From positions 800,001 to 864,000 of the forward strand of contig CAVUDW010000002.1 of assembly GCA_963740355.1 (NCBI GenBank): 64,000 nucleotides of DNA, written 5' to 3'. The DNA comes from an uncultured Gemmatimonadaceae bacterium. GTDB taxonomy: Bacteria > Gemmatimonadota > Gemmatimonadetes > Gemmatimonadales > Gemmatimonadaceae. The translations under genes were made by a program, and so were the position numbers. A model generated the notes under the pieces. That model saw nothing but the letters and a program-made list of their open reading frames with translations, was not told the origin of the DNA and did no database searches. Positions 30,221-38,808 of this stretch are shown one piece after another. Each line of letters begins with the position of its first letter. Within the stretch, counting starts at the first letter, position 1.

Positions 30221-31783
30221 ATGATTATGACACGATTCATGCGAGTGGGCGCCCTGCTATCGGCGGTAACGCTGGCAGGGTGTGGGTCGCTCGACGTGAC
30301 GAACCCGAACGCCCCGGACGCAAAGCGCGCGTTGTCCGACCCGGCGGCGCTGGAAGCAGTGGCTGGTGGCACGATGCGCACCTGGTTCAACACCTACGAC
30401 GGTTGTGAAGGCAACTGCGTGCTGGTGACGCAGGCACAGACGTACTCGGCGTCGTGGAACAACTGGAACATGAACTTCTATTCCAGCATCGATGCTGACG
30501 GCAAGCGCCTGACCCGGCCGTACCAGAACGATCCGGCGTCGGCTGGACGCACGAGCATCGAAGTGCCATGGATCGGCATGTACTCGACTGTCTCGTCTGC
30601 GGTGGACGTGCTGAAGGCGATCCGCGTGGACAACGTGGTGATCAACAGCGCTGCCGATACGAAGCGTGCCGAGGCCATCGCCGAGCTGATGCTCGGTGCG
30701 AGCCTCAGCTACATCGCGCTGAACTACGACAAGGGATACATCGTCGATGAAACGATCGACGTGACCACCTTGCAGTATTCGGATCGCAAGAAGATGCGTG
30801 ATGCGGCGATTCAGAAGCTGCAGTCAGCAGCCACGATCGCCGGCGCCAACACCTTTACGACGCCTGCGTCGTGGACGAACGGTCGCACGTACTCCAACAC
30901 CCAGATCAAGCAGATTGCCAACACGCTCTCTGCCATCACCCTGGCGTATTGGCCGCGCAACGCCGCCGAGAACACGGCGGTGAACTGGGCACAGGTGCTG
31001 ACGTACACGAACGCTGGCATGTCGAGTGGCACGCCGTTCGATTTCGTCTTCGTTGGCGACGGTGGTACGTCGTTCTATCACGAGATCCTGGCGTGGTTCA
31101 ACGCCTTCGACACCGGCCGTGTGCACACGCGCGTGGCCAACCTCCTCGACCCGGTTACGCAGGCTACGCCGTGGCCCGAGACGGGTAACCCGGTGCCGAA
31201 CTCGCCCGACAAGCGTCTCGGCGATGGTTCCTTCGGCGATGCCTCCATCGTCGATGGTTTCCAGACCAACCCGAAGACGGCAAATGCCGGCACGGACTTC
31301 GTGTACTCGCGCGCTGCAATCTTCCGCCCGAGCCGCGGTTCGTATCACCAGTCGAACATCGGTCACATTCGTTATGACTTGACCGGTTTGCAGGATCCGT
31401 CAGGCATCTGGGCAGGCTTCGGCCCGGCGCCGGTCATCTCGGCAACACAGAACGACCTGCTGAAGGCTGAAGCGTCGATTCGTGGTGGTGATCTTGCCAC
31501 CGCCGTGACGCTGATCAACCGGACGCGCGTCGGTCGTGGTGGTCTGGCCCCTGCGACAGTCGCTGACGGTGTCGCCGGCCTGACGACGAAGCTCGGTTAC
31601 GAAAATGAAATCGAGCTGCTTGGTCTTGGCGCCGCGTCCTACTACTGGATCCGCCGCACGGATCGCCTGATCGCTGGCACGCCACACGAAATGCCGGTTC
31701 CTGCGAAGGAGCTCGGTGTGCGTGGCGAAGCGCTGTACACTTGGGGTGGGACAGGCCCGGCCAATTCGCCGACGCCTCCCTGA
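30221..31783 (+). CDS. RagB/SusD-family lipoprotein
   Basis: LAGC lipobox, NPN, DLLKAEA..LINRTR, YE.EIEL....YYWIRR...PVP; follows SusC. Confidence 0.85.
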   Translation: MIMTRFMRVGALLSAVTLAGCGSLDVTNPNAPDAKRALSDPAALEAVAGGTMRTWFNTYDGCEGNCVLVTQAQTYSASWNNWNMNFYSSIDADGKRLTRPYQNDPASAGRTSIEVPWIGMYSTVSSAVDVLKAIRVDNVVINSAADTKRAEAIAELMLGASLSYIALNYDKGYIVDETIDVTTLQYSDRKKMRDAAIQKLQSAATIAGANTFTTPASWTNGRTYSNTQIKQIANTLSAITLAYWPRNAAENTAVNWAQVLTYTNAGMSSGTPFDFVFVGDGGTSFYHEILAWFNAFDTGRVHTRVANLLDPVTQATPWPETGNPVPNSPDKRLGDGSFGDASIVDGFQTNPKTANAGTDFVYSRAAIFRPSRGSYHQSNIGHIRYDLTGLQDPSGIWAGFGPAPVISATQNDLLKAEASIRGGDLATAVTLINRTRVGRGGLAPATVADGVAGLTTKLGYENEIELLGLGAASYYWIRRTDRLIAGTPHEMPVPAKELGVRGEALYTWGGTGPANSPTPP

Positions 31784-31826
31784 TCGACTGAGTTTGCACG
31801 CGTAGTCAAAACACCCAGGATGGAAA

Positions 31827-31864
31827 CACAGCGGGGCCGGGAGATCATTCCCGGCCCCGCTGTG
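31827..31864. terminator. Hairpin between convergent genes, probable terminator
   Basis: CACAGCGGGGCCGGGA-gatcat-TCCCGGCCCCGCTGTG, perfect 16-bp stem. Confidence 0.75.
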
Positions 31865-31910
31865 CGTTCGGATCGTACGAGTTGTGAGCCTTGTGCTCTG
31901 AGCCCAACAC

Positions 31911-32522
31911 TCAAGGCATCAGCGTCGGTTGATGCCCGCGTGCCGCACGCCTCGCCGCGTACAACGCCGCCGCCGCAGTGAAGACGTGCAGCAGTGGATC
32001 GAGCGACTTCTCCGCGTGAATCAACGCACGGTTCTGCGGCTGCAGAAAACCAGCGGCCACGGCACCATCGAGCAATCGCAGCATCGGGTCCCAGAATCCC
32101 TGCGCATCCAGCAACCCGATCGGCTTCTGCGCGATCTGGAGCTGCGACCAGGTCAGCGCCTCGAACAACTCGTCGAAGGTGCCGAATCCTCCTGGGAGCG
32201 CGATCACGGCATCGCTGAGGACGGACATACGCGCCTTGCGCTCGTGCATCGAGTCGACGATCTCGAGCACGGTGAGGCCCTTGTGAGCGATCTCACGCTC
32301 GGCGAGGCCCTTCGTCAGGACACCGACGACCTCGCCCCCTGCCTCAAGCGCGCCGTCAGCGAGCGCCCCCATGCACCCGACAGCGGCGCCACCATACACC
32401 ACGCCGATGCCGCGCCGCGCCAGTTCATGGCCGAGCTCACGTGCGGCTGCCATGAATCTGGGATCGGACCCGGGTGAGGATCCGCAGTAAACGGCTATCC
32501 GTCGAATACGTGAGTTCGCCAT
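31911..32522 (-). CDS. LOG family nucleotide monophosphate nucleosidase (TIGR00730-like)
   Basis: VYCGSS, VYGG...GCMG, SMHERKA.M, ALPGGFGTFDELFE. Confidence 0.92.
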   Translation of the reverse strand: MANSRIRRIAVYCGSSPGSDPRFMAAARELGHELARRGIGVVYGGAAVGCMGALADGALEAGGEVVGVLTKGLAEREIAHKGLTVLEIVDSMHERKARMSVLSDAVIALPGGFGTFDELFEALTWSQLQIAQKPIGLLDAQGFWDPMLRLLDGAVAAGFLQPQNRALIHAEKSLDPLLHVFTAAAALYAARRAARGHQPTLMP

Positions 32523-32604
32523 TTGGGGTAGTGCGAAGTGAGGAGCAGACGTGCTCCTGACATTCTACCTCCCCGCACTGGCGCGTCGAGCGCTGACGCC
32601 GCAA

Positions 32605-33594
32605 TCAGATCACGCGATTCCGCTCGAAGATCAGGTTTCGCGGAGTGATTCGCCATTCGTAGTTGCGGTACAGCGGCGCCCCGCCGTTCACCGATCGATC
32701 GACGCGTTCCACTCGAATGCGGGCGCGAACGACGACCGATACTATGCGGTCGTAGTCGTTGGTGGTGTCGGCATCGAAGCCGTTGGCCTGCGGGCGTTCC
32801 AACCCATTCGTGAACTGCAGGCGCGTGCTGAACATGTCCACCCCGCGCGCGGTGATCGAGGTGCGCAGCTGTCCGTCGGGCGTGAAGCCTTCCGCGCGCA
32901 CGAGGGTATTGGTGGCGCTGTTGCGGTACCAGGCAGTGACACTCAGGCGCTGCACTGCGACGCCGTTGCGGGTGAGGCGCAATCCACCGGTGAGGCCGGC
33001 CGGGTAGACGAACAATGTGTCGGCATTTGAGAAGGTCACCTGCTTCACGCCGGTGCCGCCTGAGACGACATTGGTGACGACGATCAGCCGGCGTTCGTTC
33101 TGCACCTGCAGTAGTGCCACATCGCCGGCGTGAATCTGGAATGGCACGGTGTTGGGATCGACGATGTCGATGCAGGTTGCGCCGCATGTTCCGCCCGGCG
33201 GCAACGGGTCGGTGGTGTCGGCCGGCGTGACCATGTCATACACCTCGGCCTGATTCGGCAGGAACGGCACCGAGACGGCGACCACGGTGTCACCACGGGT
33301 GGCGACACTGCCGAAGATCGGCGTCGATTCGAAAGCGACGCCGGCATCCTGGATGTCACGCGACACGGCAAGGCCAACGAAGCGCGCATCGCGATTGAGC
33401 CCGTCGCGCATGTCGATGCCGCGGCTGGACCGCAGTGTGGCTGACGCGAAGTTGGCCGAGATGGCAAGGATGATCACGCCCAGCACCATCGAGACGAGCA
33501 ACTCGATCAGTGTGAAGCCAGGGCGCGCAGGCGTTGAATCGACATGGGCACGCGGCGACCGCGTATCACGCGGCACTGCTGGGAGCGTCGTCAT
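32605..33594 (-). CDS. Type IV minor pilin, PilW-like
   Basis: Class III signal G|FTLIELLVSMVLGVII with E5; ..SRDIQDAG helix motif. Confidence 0.8.
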   Translation of the reverse strand: MTTLPAVPRDTRSPRAHVDSTPARPGFTLIELLVSMVLGVIILAISANFASATLRSSRGIDMRDGLNRDARFVGLAVSRDIQDAGVAFESTPIFGSVATRGDTVVAVSVPFLPNQAEVYDMVTPADTTDPLPPGGTCGATCIDIVDPNTVPFQIHAGDVALLQVQNERRLIVVTNVVSGGTGVKQVTFSNADTLFVYPAGLTGGLRLTRNGVAVQRLSVTAWYRNSATNTLVRAEGFTPDGQLRTSITARGVDMFSTRLQFTNGLERPQANGFDADTTNDYDRIVSVVVRARIRVERVDRSVNGGAPLYRNYEWRITPRNLIFERNRVI

Positions 33595-33596
33595 GG

Positions 33597-34034
33597 TCAG
33601 ATCGGCGCCATGGTGCCACCGCGGTACATGTTCGTCATCAACCGGATCGGTGCTGGCATGCGCGGGCCCGTCACGATCACTTCGAGCGTGAGCAGGTTGG
33701 CGCGATCGACGGTCACGCGCAGCTCTCGCGTGAACTCGCCGGTGAGGAGCGCGAGTTCGCCGCTGCCGTCGACACGCACGACGGGTTCATTGCTCAGGCT
33801 CCACGGATCGCGCCCACGCACGCGTTCGAGGTAGCTGCGTGCAACATTGAGCGCGGCGCTGCGCGAGGTGGACTGCGTTTGTGATCGGAGACGGGCGGTG
33901 TTCGCCGCACCGATGGCCATCACGCCAGTCGCGAGCAGCACGACCGCCACCATCAGTGACAGCAGGGCAAATCCAGGGCGTTGCGACACCGCGTGCTTCG
34001 CAACAATCGGTGTTCCACGACGATGTGTCATCAT
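33597..34034 (-). CDS. Type IV minor pilin, PilV-like
   Basis: G|FALLSLMVAVVLLATGVMAI (E5 replaced by S); A.N.ARSYLERVR; ATGA overlap with the upstream stop. Confidence 0.7.
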   Translation of the reverse strand: MMTHRRGTPIVAKHAVSQRPGFALLSLMVAVVLLATGVMAIGAANTARLRSQTQSTSRSAALNVARSYLERVRGRDPWSLSNEPVVRVDGSGELALLTGEFTRELRVTVDRANLLTLEVIVTGPRMPAPIRLMTNMYRGGTMAPI

Positions 34035-34573
34035 TGCCAGGTGCCATCCACCCAACGCCAGACCCGCACGTTGGCAGCAGGGTTGATTTCGACGGCGCTC
34101 ACCGCGGTGTGGTCGGTGTCGTATGAGAGGTACAGGATCGTGCTGGCGCCGAACGGTTCTGTGGTGCCACGTGCGCCAAACTGCACACGTCGCGGGCCGG
34201 TGGGTGGGGTACCGGCGGTATCGGGTGGGATGGGTGGTGCTGCGCCGCGGCCAAACACCACGTGCTGGCCGAGGATCCGACTGTTCATGGAGCCGAACGC
34301 CGTCTGCTCGCTGGCGGTCTCGTTGATGACGGTGTCACGGTTCTGGTCGAGAAACGATTGCCAGAGCGTGTCGGTGATCACCACGCGAACGATCGAGCGC
34401 GTGGCATAGGCGCGGGTGCGAGCGAGGTCGAGATCCTGCGCCAGGAGACGCGTGTTCTGCTCCACCTGGCCGTGCGGAGACGGGCGAAGGCGTGGGGCTG
34501 CGATCGACGTCATGATGCCGAGCAGCACCAGCACGATCAGCATCTCGATGAGTGATGTGCCGCGCCGCGACAT
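34031..34573 (-). CDS. Type IV minor pilin, FimT/FimU/GspH-like
   Basis: G|TSLIEMLIVLVLLGIM...AP; L.QDL.LART.A; F.ARG. Confidence 0.8.
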   Translation of the reverse strand: MSRRGTSLIEMLIVLVLLGIMTSIAAPRLRPSPHGQVEQNTRLLAQDLDLARTRAYATRSIVRVVITDTLWQSFLDQNRDTVINETASEQTAFGSMNSRILGQHVVFGRGAAPPIPPDTAGTPPTGPRRVQFGARGTTEPFGASTILYLSYDTDHTAVSAVEINPAANVRVWRWVDGTWQ

Positions 34574-36360
34574 CAGAACACGTTACGGTAGGAGATCTGC
34601 AGCACCGAGCCGAGACGCGGTGTGCCAGGGGGCAGCAGCATCGGGTTCCGGAATCGTGACTCGAAGCTCCAGTTACGAACCGGTGCGTTGTAATAGGCGC
34701 GGCCGCCGTTGAGGGAATGGCCCCACACGCGCTGCGATTGCTGGCTGACGAACAGCGACACCAGCGAGCCAGTGTAGTTGAAGGGCGTTCCGCCAACGCC
34801 GCCGCCCCAATCCTCGAGGAAGCGCGGGAAGTTCTCCAACCCACCGCCGTACTGCTGCGGCGACCCGCAGATGCGGGCGTCACAGGGCGTCTCTGAATTG
34901 CCGGCCAGCAAGGCAGCCCAGACGCTGGTGGCGGCGTAGGTGCGCGGGCGCGGGAAGGTCGTGGACGCGGCATCGGTCCAGCTGTTCGAGAGGAACGATG
35001 CAACATCGGAGATCAATGCGGCCGGCTTCCAGTTCACGGTGTTGTAGTCACCCTTCACGTAGAGCGCCGCGTTGGTGGTGATCGTCAGGCCACCTGGTTC
35101 ACCCGCCGTTGGCGGCGGTGGAAGCTCGGTGCCGTTGCGGATGCGAATGGCGGGGTAGTCACGGTTCGCGTCAGTCGTATCGCGTCCCTGGAACTCGACG
35201 TAGATGATGCTCACCTGTCGATCGGTCGGGTTCACGTTGACGAAGGTGCGGAGCGCGCTCATGTCGAGTTCGAGCACATCCGGGCGGCGCATTTCGCGTC
35301 CGTCGTAGAAGGCATTGCGCACGAACTGGAAGATCGCGGGGCACGATGCTCCGAGTGGCACGCGTCCACCGGCGCGAATGAATGTCGCGTCGGCACAGAT
35401 GTTCGAGAGCGAGTTGGCGACGTTGACGACGATGCGCAGGTCGGCCTTGTTGGCCATGCGCACGTTCGCGACATCGGGTGAGTCGCCGCCCTGCGCCGGG
35501 AGGATCAACTCGCGCGGGTCCATGCCACCGGGCAACGGCAGGCGCAGCGGACGCACACCGCTCACCCGACTGCGGAGCCGTCCGTTGAACTTCAGGTTGC
35601 TGCGGGTGACGAACGTCGCGCCGGGTGCGCTGCGACTGTCGAAGTCGAGCGGCACCAGGATGCTGGCGTTGTTGGCGATATTGACGCCGGCAAGCGTGGT
35701 CGGCGTGTCCTTGCGAGACCAGAAGACGCTGTCGGCAGCGGTCATCTGGTTGAGGTAGTTCGCGTTGGCGGAGCTGAGGTACAGGTGCCGATTCGAGTGC
35801 ACCCAGCCCGCGAACGTCATTGGCGGACCGTTGTTGATCTCGAGGTCGCGATCGTAGAAGACGCCGAACTGGAAGATCGGCACCGACTGCACCGAGACAC
35901 CCAGTTCGATCGAGGCGCGACTGTGTGTCGCGTCTTCGGCGTCGATGCGGACGCTCATCGGTTGTTCGAGGGCGAAGAGCCCGGCGAAGGCGCCGCGGGT
36001 GATGATGCGATTCACCGGCTGACCGACGATCTGCGTCTGCTGGGTGAAGGTGAACCCGGGCAGCGAGGGCGTGGTGAGGCTGGTGATGTCGCCGGGGGTG
36101 ATGATTCCATCACCCATGGCGGCGTCCAGCTGGGCCATGACCTGGTCGCCGGCGCCTTCCGCGGCGTAGGCCACGCGGGTGGCCTTCACGTCGACACCCG
36201 ACGTCCTCGTGTAGACCGCGATGGCTGCGGTTGCGACGCCGATCAGTGCTCCGAACAGCACCAGCAGGAGTAGCGTGGACTCGAGGGCGAAGCCTCGACG
36301 GACGACCTGCACGTACGCATGAACGTCAAACCGGCGGCGGCTCGAACGGAAACGCGACAT
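34573..36360 (-). CDS. Large PilX-like prepilin (595 aa) with extended C-terminal domain
   Basis: RRG|FALESTLLLLVLFG lacking E5, AYAAEGAG PilX-type motif; C-terminal GGLENFPRFLEDW..GSLV..YYNAP.RNW.F...LPPGTP. Confidence 0.75.
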   Translation of the reverse strand: MSRFRSSRRRFDVHAYVQVVRRGFALESTLLLLVLFGALIGVATAAIAVYTRTSGVDVKATRVAYAAEGAGDQVMAQLDAAMGDGIITPGDITSLTTPSLPGFTFTQQTQIVGQPVNRIITRGAFAGLFALEQPMSVRIDAEDATHSRASIELGVSVQSVPIFQFGVFYDRDLEINNGPPMTFAGWVHSNRHLYLSSANANYLNQMTAADSVFWSRKDTPTTLAGVNIANNASILVPLDFDSRSAPGATFVTRSNLKFNGRLRSRVSGVRPLRLPLPGGMDPRELILPAQGGDSPDVANVRMANKADLRIVVNVANSLSNICADATFIRAGGRVPLGASCPAIFQFVRNAFYDGREMRRPDVLELDMSALRTFVNVNPTDRQVSIIYVEFQGRDTTDANRDYPAIRIRNGTELPPPPTAGEPGGLTITTNAALYVKGDYNTVNWKPAALISDVASFLSNSWTDAASTTFPRPRTYAATSVWAALLAGNSETPCDARICGSPQQYGGGLENFPRFLEDWGGGVGGTPFNYTGSLVSLFVSQQSQRVWGHSLNGGRAYYNAPVRNWSFESRFRNPMLLPPGTPRLGSVLQISYRNVF

Positions 36361-36442
36361 ACCACACTCCAGAGGCAGACTCGACCAGTGGACGATGGAC
36401 GTGGGACACTGGTAACAGCCGAGTCTGGCTCTGGATTGTGGT
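36361..36442 (-). promoter_or_regulatory. Long leader hairpin ending at the pilX-like start codon and covering its RBS
   Basis: mRNA ACCACA-a-UCCAGAG-c-CAGACUCG-gcuguu-ACCAGUG-16nt-CACUGGU-CGAGUCUG-c-CUCUGGA-g-UGUGGU-AUG: 28 Watson-Crick pairs. Confidence 0.65.
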
Positions 36443-36544
36443 CGTACGATTTGGGGTCGGTCGAAGTGGGGCGCTGCGGGTCGCTGGGTCGGGCGGCTCC
36501 AGGTGGGGTAGGCAGGTCAACTGTCGTTCCGTGCCCATCCATAA

Positions 36545-36560
36545 GGCAGAGCTCGCGCCA
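36545..36560 (-). promoter_or_regulatory. Putative sigma54 (-24/-12) promoter of the pilin operon
   Basis: Minus strand TGGCGCGAGCTCTGCC = GG-N10-GC; IHF-like CAAcgacTTA just upstream at ~36578-36587. Confidence 0.5.
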
Positions 36561-36745
36561 GTCGGGTTCTGCCTTGTTAAGTCGTTGCTGTTGTGTGAGT
36601 TGCGTCTGAATCACACCGCAGGAACTCATTGCTTTCATGCAGCGATTCGCCAGAACTCATGCGATCTGCGGCACGTGGCTCGACCGACAATGGATGACGT
36701 CGTCATTCGCATTTCAGTGGATGAGTTCGCTGCCATCGGGCGCGC

Positions 36746-37156
36746 CGATCAAGGGGGCAGAGATCTTGATGCGGCCTTTCCGGGGTTCCGCGATCAAGGG
36801 GTCAGAGATCTTGATCCGGCCAATTCCGCCTTAACCGGTTGACTCGTATGGGCTTATGCTTCGATCAAGATCTCTGACCCCTTGATCGGTGGTTAAGCTG
36901 TTGTCCCGCAATGGCTTAAGCCACCTAAAACGCCGATCAAGATCTCTGACCCCTTGATCGCAGCAGGCACTTGAGGCCAGAAAACGCCGATCAAGATCTC
37001 GGACCCCTTGATCGGAGCCCAAGTCGTTGCCCAGCAGGCACTTCAGGCCAGAAATCACCGACTAAGATCTCTGACCCCTTGATCGGAGCGTAAGTCCTTG
37101 CCAGACAGGGACTTCAGGCCAGAACACGCCGATCAAGATCTCTGACCCCTTGATCG
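36746..37156. repeat. Cluster of seven 27-bp palindromic REP-like repeats
   Basis: CGATCAAGATCTCTGACCCCTTGATCG at 36862, 36934, 36988, 37059, 37130 (0-2 mismatches); inverted copies at 36746 and 36791; spacers 18, 44, 45, 27, 44, 44 bp. Confidence 0.92.
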
Positions 37157-37180
37157 GGCACGCGGCGGGGCCGCTTGGAC

Positions 37181-38731
37181 CTACGGCGCTGCCGGCGCTT
37201 CCTCGCGGGGGAACAATGCGGCACCCTTGGTCACCTTCCAGCCGGTTGGGTCGACGGCCGCGAGGGTCGGCCAGGGCCGCGCGTGCACGCTGCCGGGCCC
37301 GCCAAGGGCCTCCCAGAGCGCCTGCGCCTTGGTAGGCATGAATGGCGCGATGGCGATGGCCTGACGCGCCAGCGAGGCGCCCAGATCGCCTAGCACGCCA
37401 AGGAGCCGGCCGCGTTCTTCCGGGACTTTGGCTAGGGCCCAGGGCTGGGACGACTGCACGAATTCATTGGCGCGGGCCACCGTCTTCCAGATCGACGTCA
37501 GGCCTTCATGCAGCATGTAGCCGCGCGAGCCATCCATGGCGCTAGCCGCTTCGGACAGGTCGGCGAGGTCGGCGCTCGCCAGCTCTGAACCCGAGGCGGC
37601 AGCTGGGATCACACCGTCGTTGTACTTCTCGATCATCGACGTGACGCGACTGGCGAGGTTGCCGAAGGCGTTGGCGAGATCGGAGTTGTAGCGCTCACCG
37701 AAGCGTTCCCACGAGAAGCTGCCGTCGCCGTCGAAGGGAATTTCGCGCAGCAGGAAATAGCGGAAGGCATCGCTGCCGAACCGAGCGATGGCTTCACCGA
37801 GATCGAGCTTCACGCCTGCGCTCTTGCTGAAGCGTTCGCCGCCGAGCAGCACGAAGCCGTGACCCCAGACGCGTTCCGGCAGCGGCAACTGCGCCGCCAT
37901 CAGCATCGCGGGCCAGATCACGCAGTGAAAACGGGTGATGTCCTTGCCGATCACGTGCACCTGCGCCGGCCACCGAGTTTCCCAGCCGTCCTGATCGGGG
38001 AAGCCGGTCCCGGTGAGGTAGTTCGGCAGCGCGTCGAACCAGACGTACGTCGCCTGCGCCTGTCCATCGCTCGTTGGACGTGGGAAGGGCACGGCCCACG
38101 AATTCCGCGAGCGGCTGGCCGACACGTCTTCCAGCCCGGTGTCGAGCAGCCCAAGGATTTCGTTCCGACGACTCGACGGTTGCACGAAGTTCGGCACACT
38201 CTCGATCAGTGCGCGCAGCTGTTCGGCGTAGGCTGAGAGGCGGAAGAACCAGTTGCGCTCTTCCACCCACTCGAGGTCGCGTGTGGGATGCAGGACGCAG
38301 CGCTTGTCGATGATCTCGGCGTCCGTCTTGAACGCCTCGCACCCTACGCAATACCAGCCGGCGTAACTCTTTTCGTAGAATGCGTCCGGGGTGCGCTCGA
38401 AGATGCGCTCGATCAGCGCCTGCACACCCGCCTTGTGGGTGGGTGACGTGGTGCGGATGAACTGGTCATTCGAGATCTGCAGCGTGGTCCACATCGCCTG
38501 GAAGTGCTGGGCGATCTCGTCCACGAAGGACTGCTCCGACACGCCGGCAGCGGCCGCCGTCTGCGCGACCTTCTGCCCATGTTCGTCCATCCCGATCATG
38601 AAGTGCACATCACGGCCAAGCTGGCGCTGCACGCGGGCGATGGCGTCGGCGCCAATCTTTTCGAAGGCGTGACCGATATGCGGGTCACCATTCGCGTAGT
38701 CGATGGCGGTGGTGATGTAGAAGCGCGACAC
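37181..38731 (-). CDS. metG: Methionine--tRNA ligase (short form, no C-terminal tRNA-binding domain)
   Basis: FYITTAIDYANGDPHIGH, GMDEHGQK, YCVGCE Zn knuckle, YVWFDAL.NY, IGKDITRFH, RFSKS (KMSKS equivalent). Confidence 0.96.
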   Translation of the reverse strand: MSRFYITTAIDYANGDPHIGHAFEKIGADAIARVQRQLGRDVHFMIGMDEHGQKVAQTAAAAGVSEQSFVDEIAQHFQAMWTTLQISNDQFIRTTSPTHKAGVQALIERIFERTPDAFYEKSYAGWYCVGCEAFKTDAEIIDKRCVLHPTRDLEWVEERNWFFRLSAYAEQLRALIESVPNFVQPSSRRNEILGLLDTGLEDVSASRSRNSWAVPFPRPTSDGQAQATYVWFDALPNYLTGTGFPDQDGWETRWPAQVHVIGKDITRFHCVIWPAMLMAAQLPLPERVWGHGFVLLGGERFSKSAGVKLDLGEAIARFGSDAFRYFLLREIPFDGDGSFSWERFGERYNSDLANAFGNLASRVTSMIEKYNDGVIPAAASGSELASADLADLSEAASAMDGSRGYMLHEGLTSIWKTVARANEFVQSSQPWALAKVPEERGRLLGVLGDLGASLARQAIAIAPFMPTKAQALWEALGGPGSVHARPWPTLAAVDPTGWKVTKGAALFPREEAPAAP

Positions 38732-38808
38732 GAGAAATCCGGTGATGTGCGAATGATGTGCGAACACGAACGACGGCGACGCCAGACCTGGCGCGCCCGA
38801 ACTGCAAG

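Noticed and set aside
36746..37156. CRISPR array
   Set aside because: Repeat orientation flips within the cluster, spacers are mutually similar and uneven (18-45 bp), and no cas genes are in the window.
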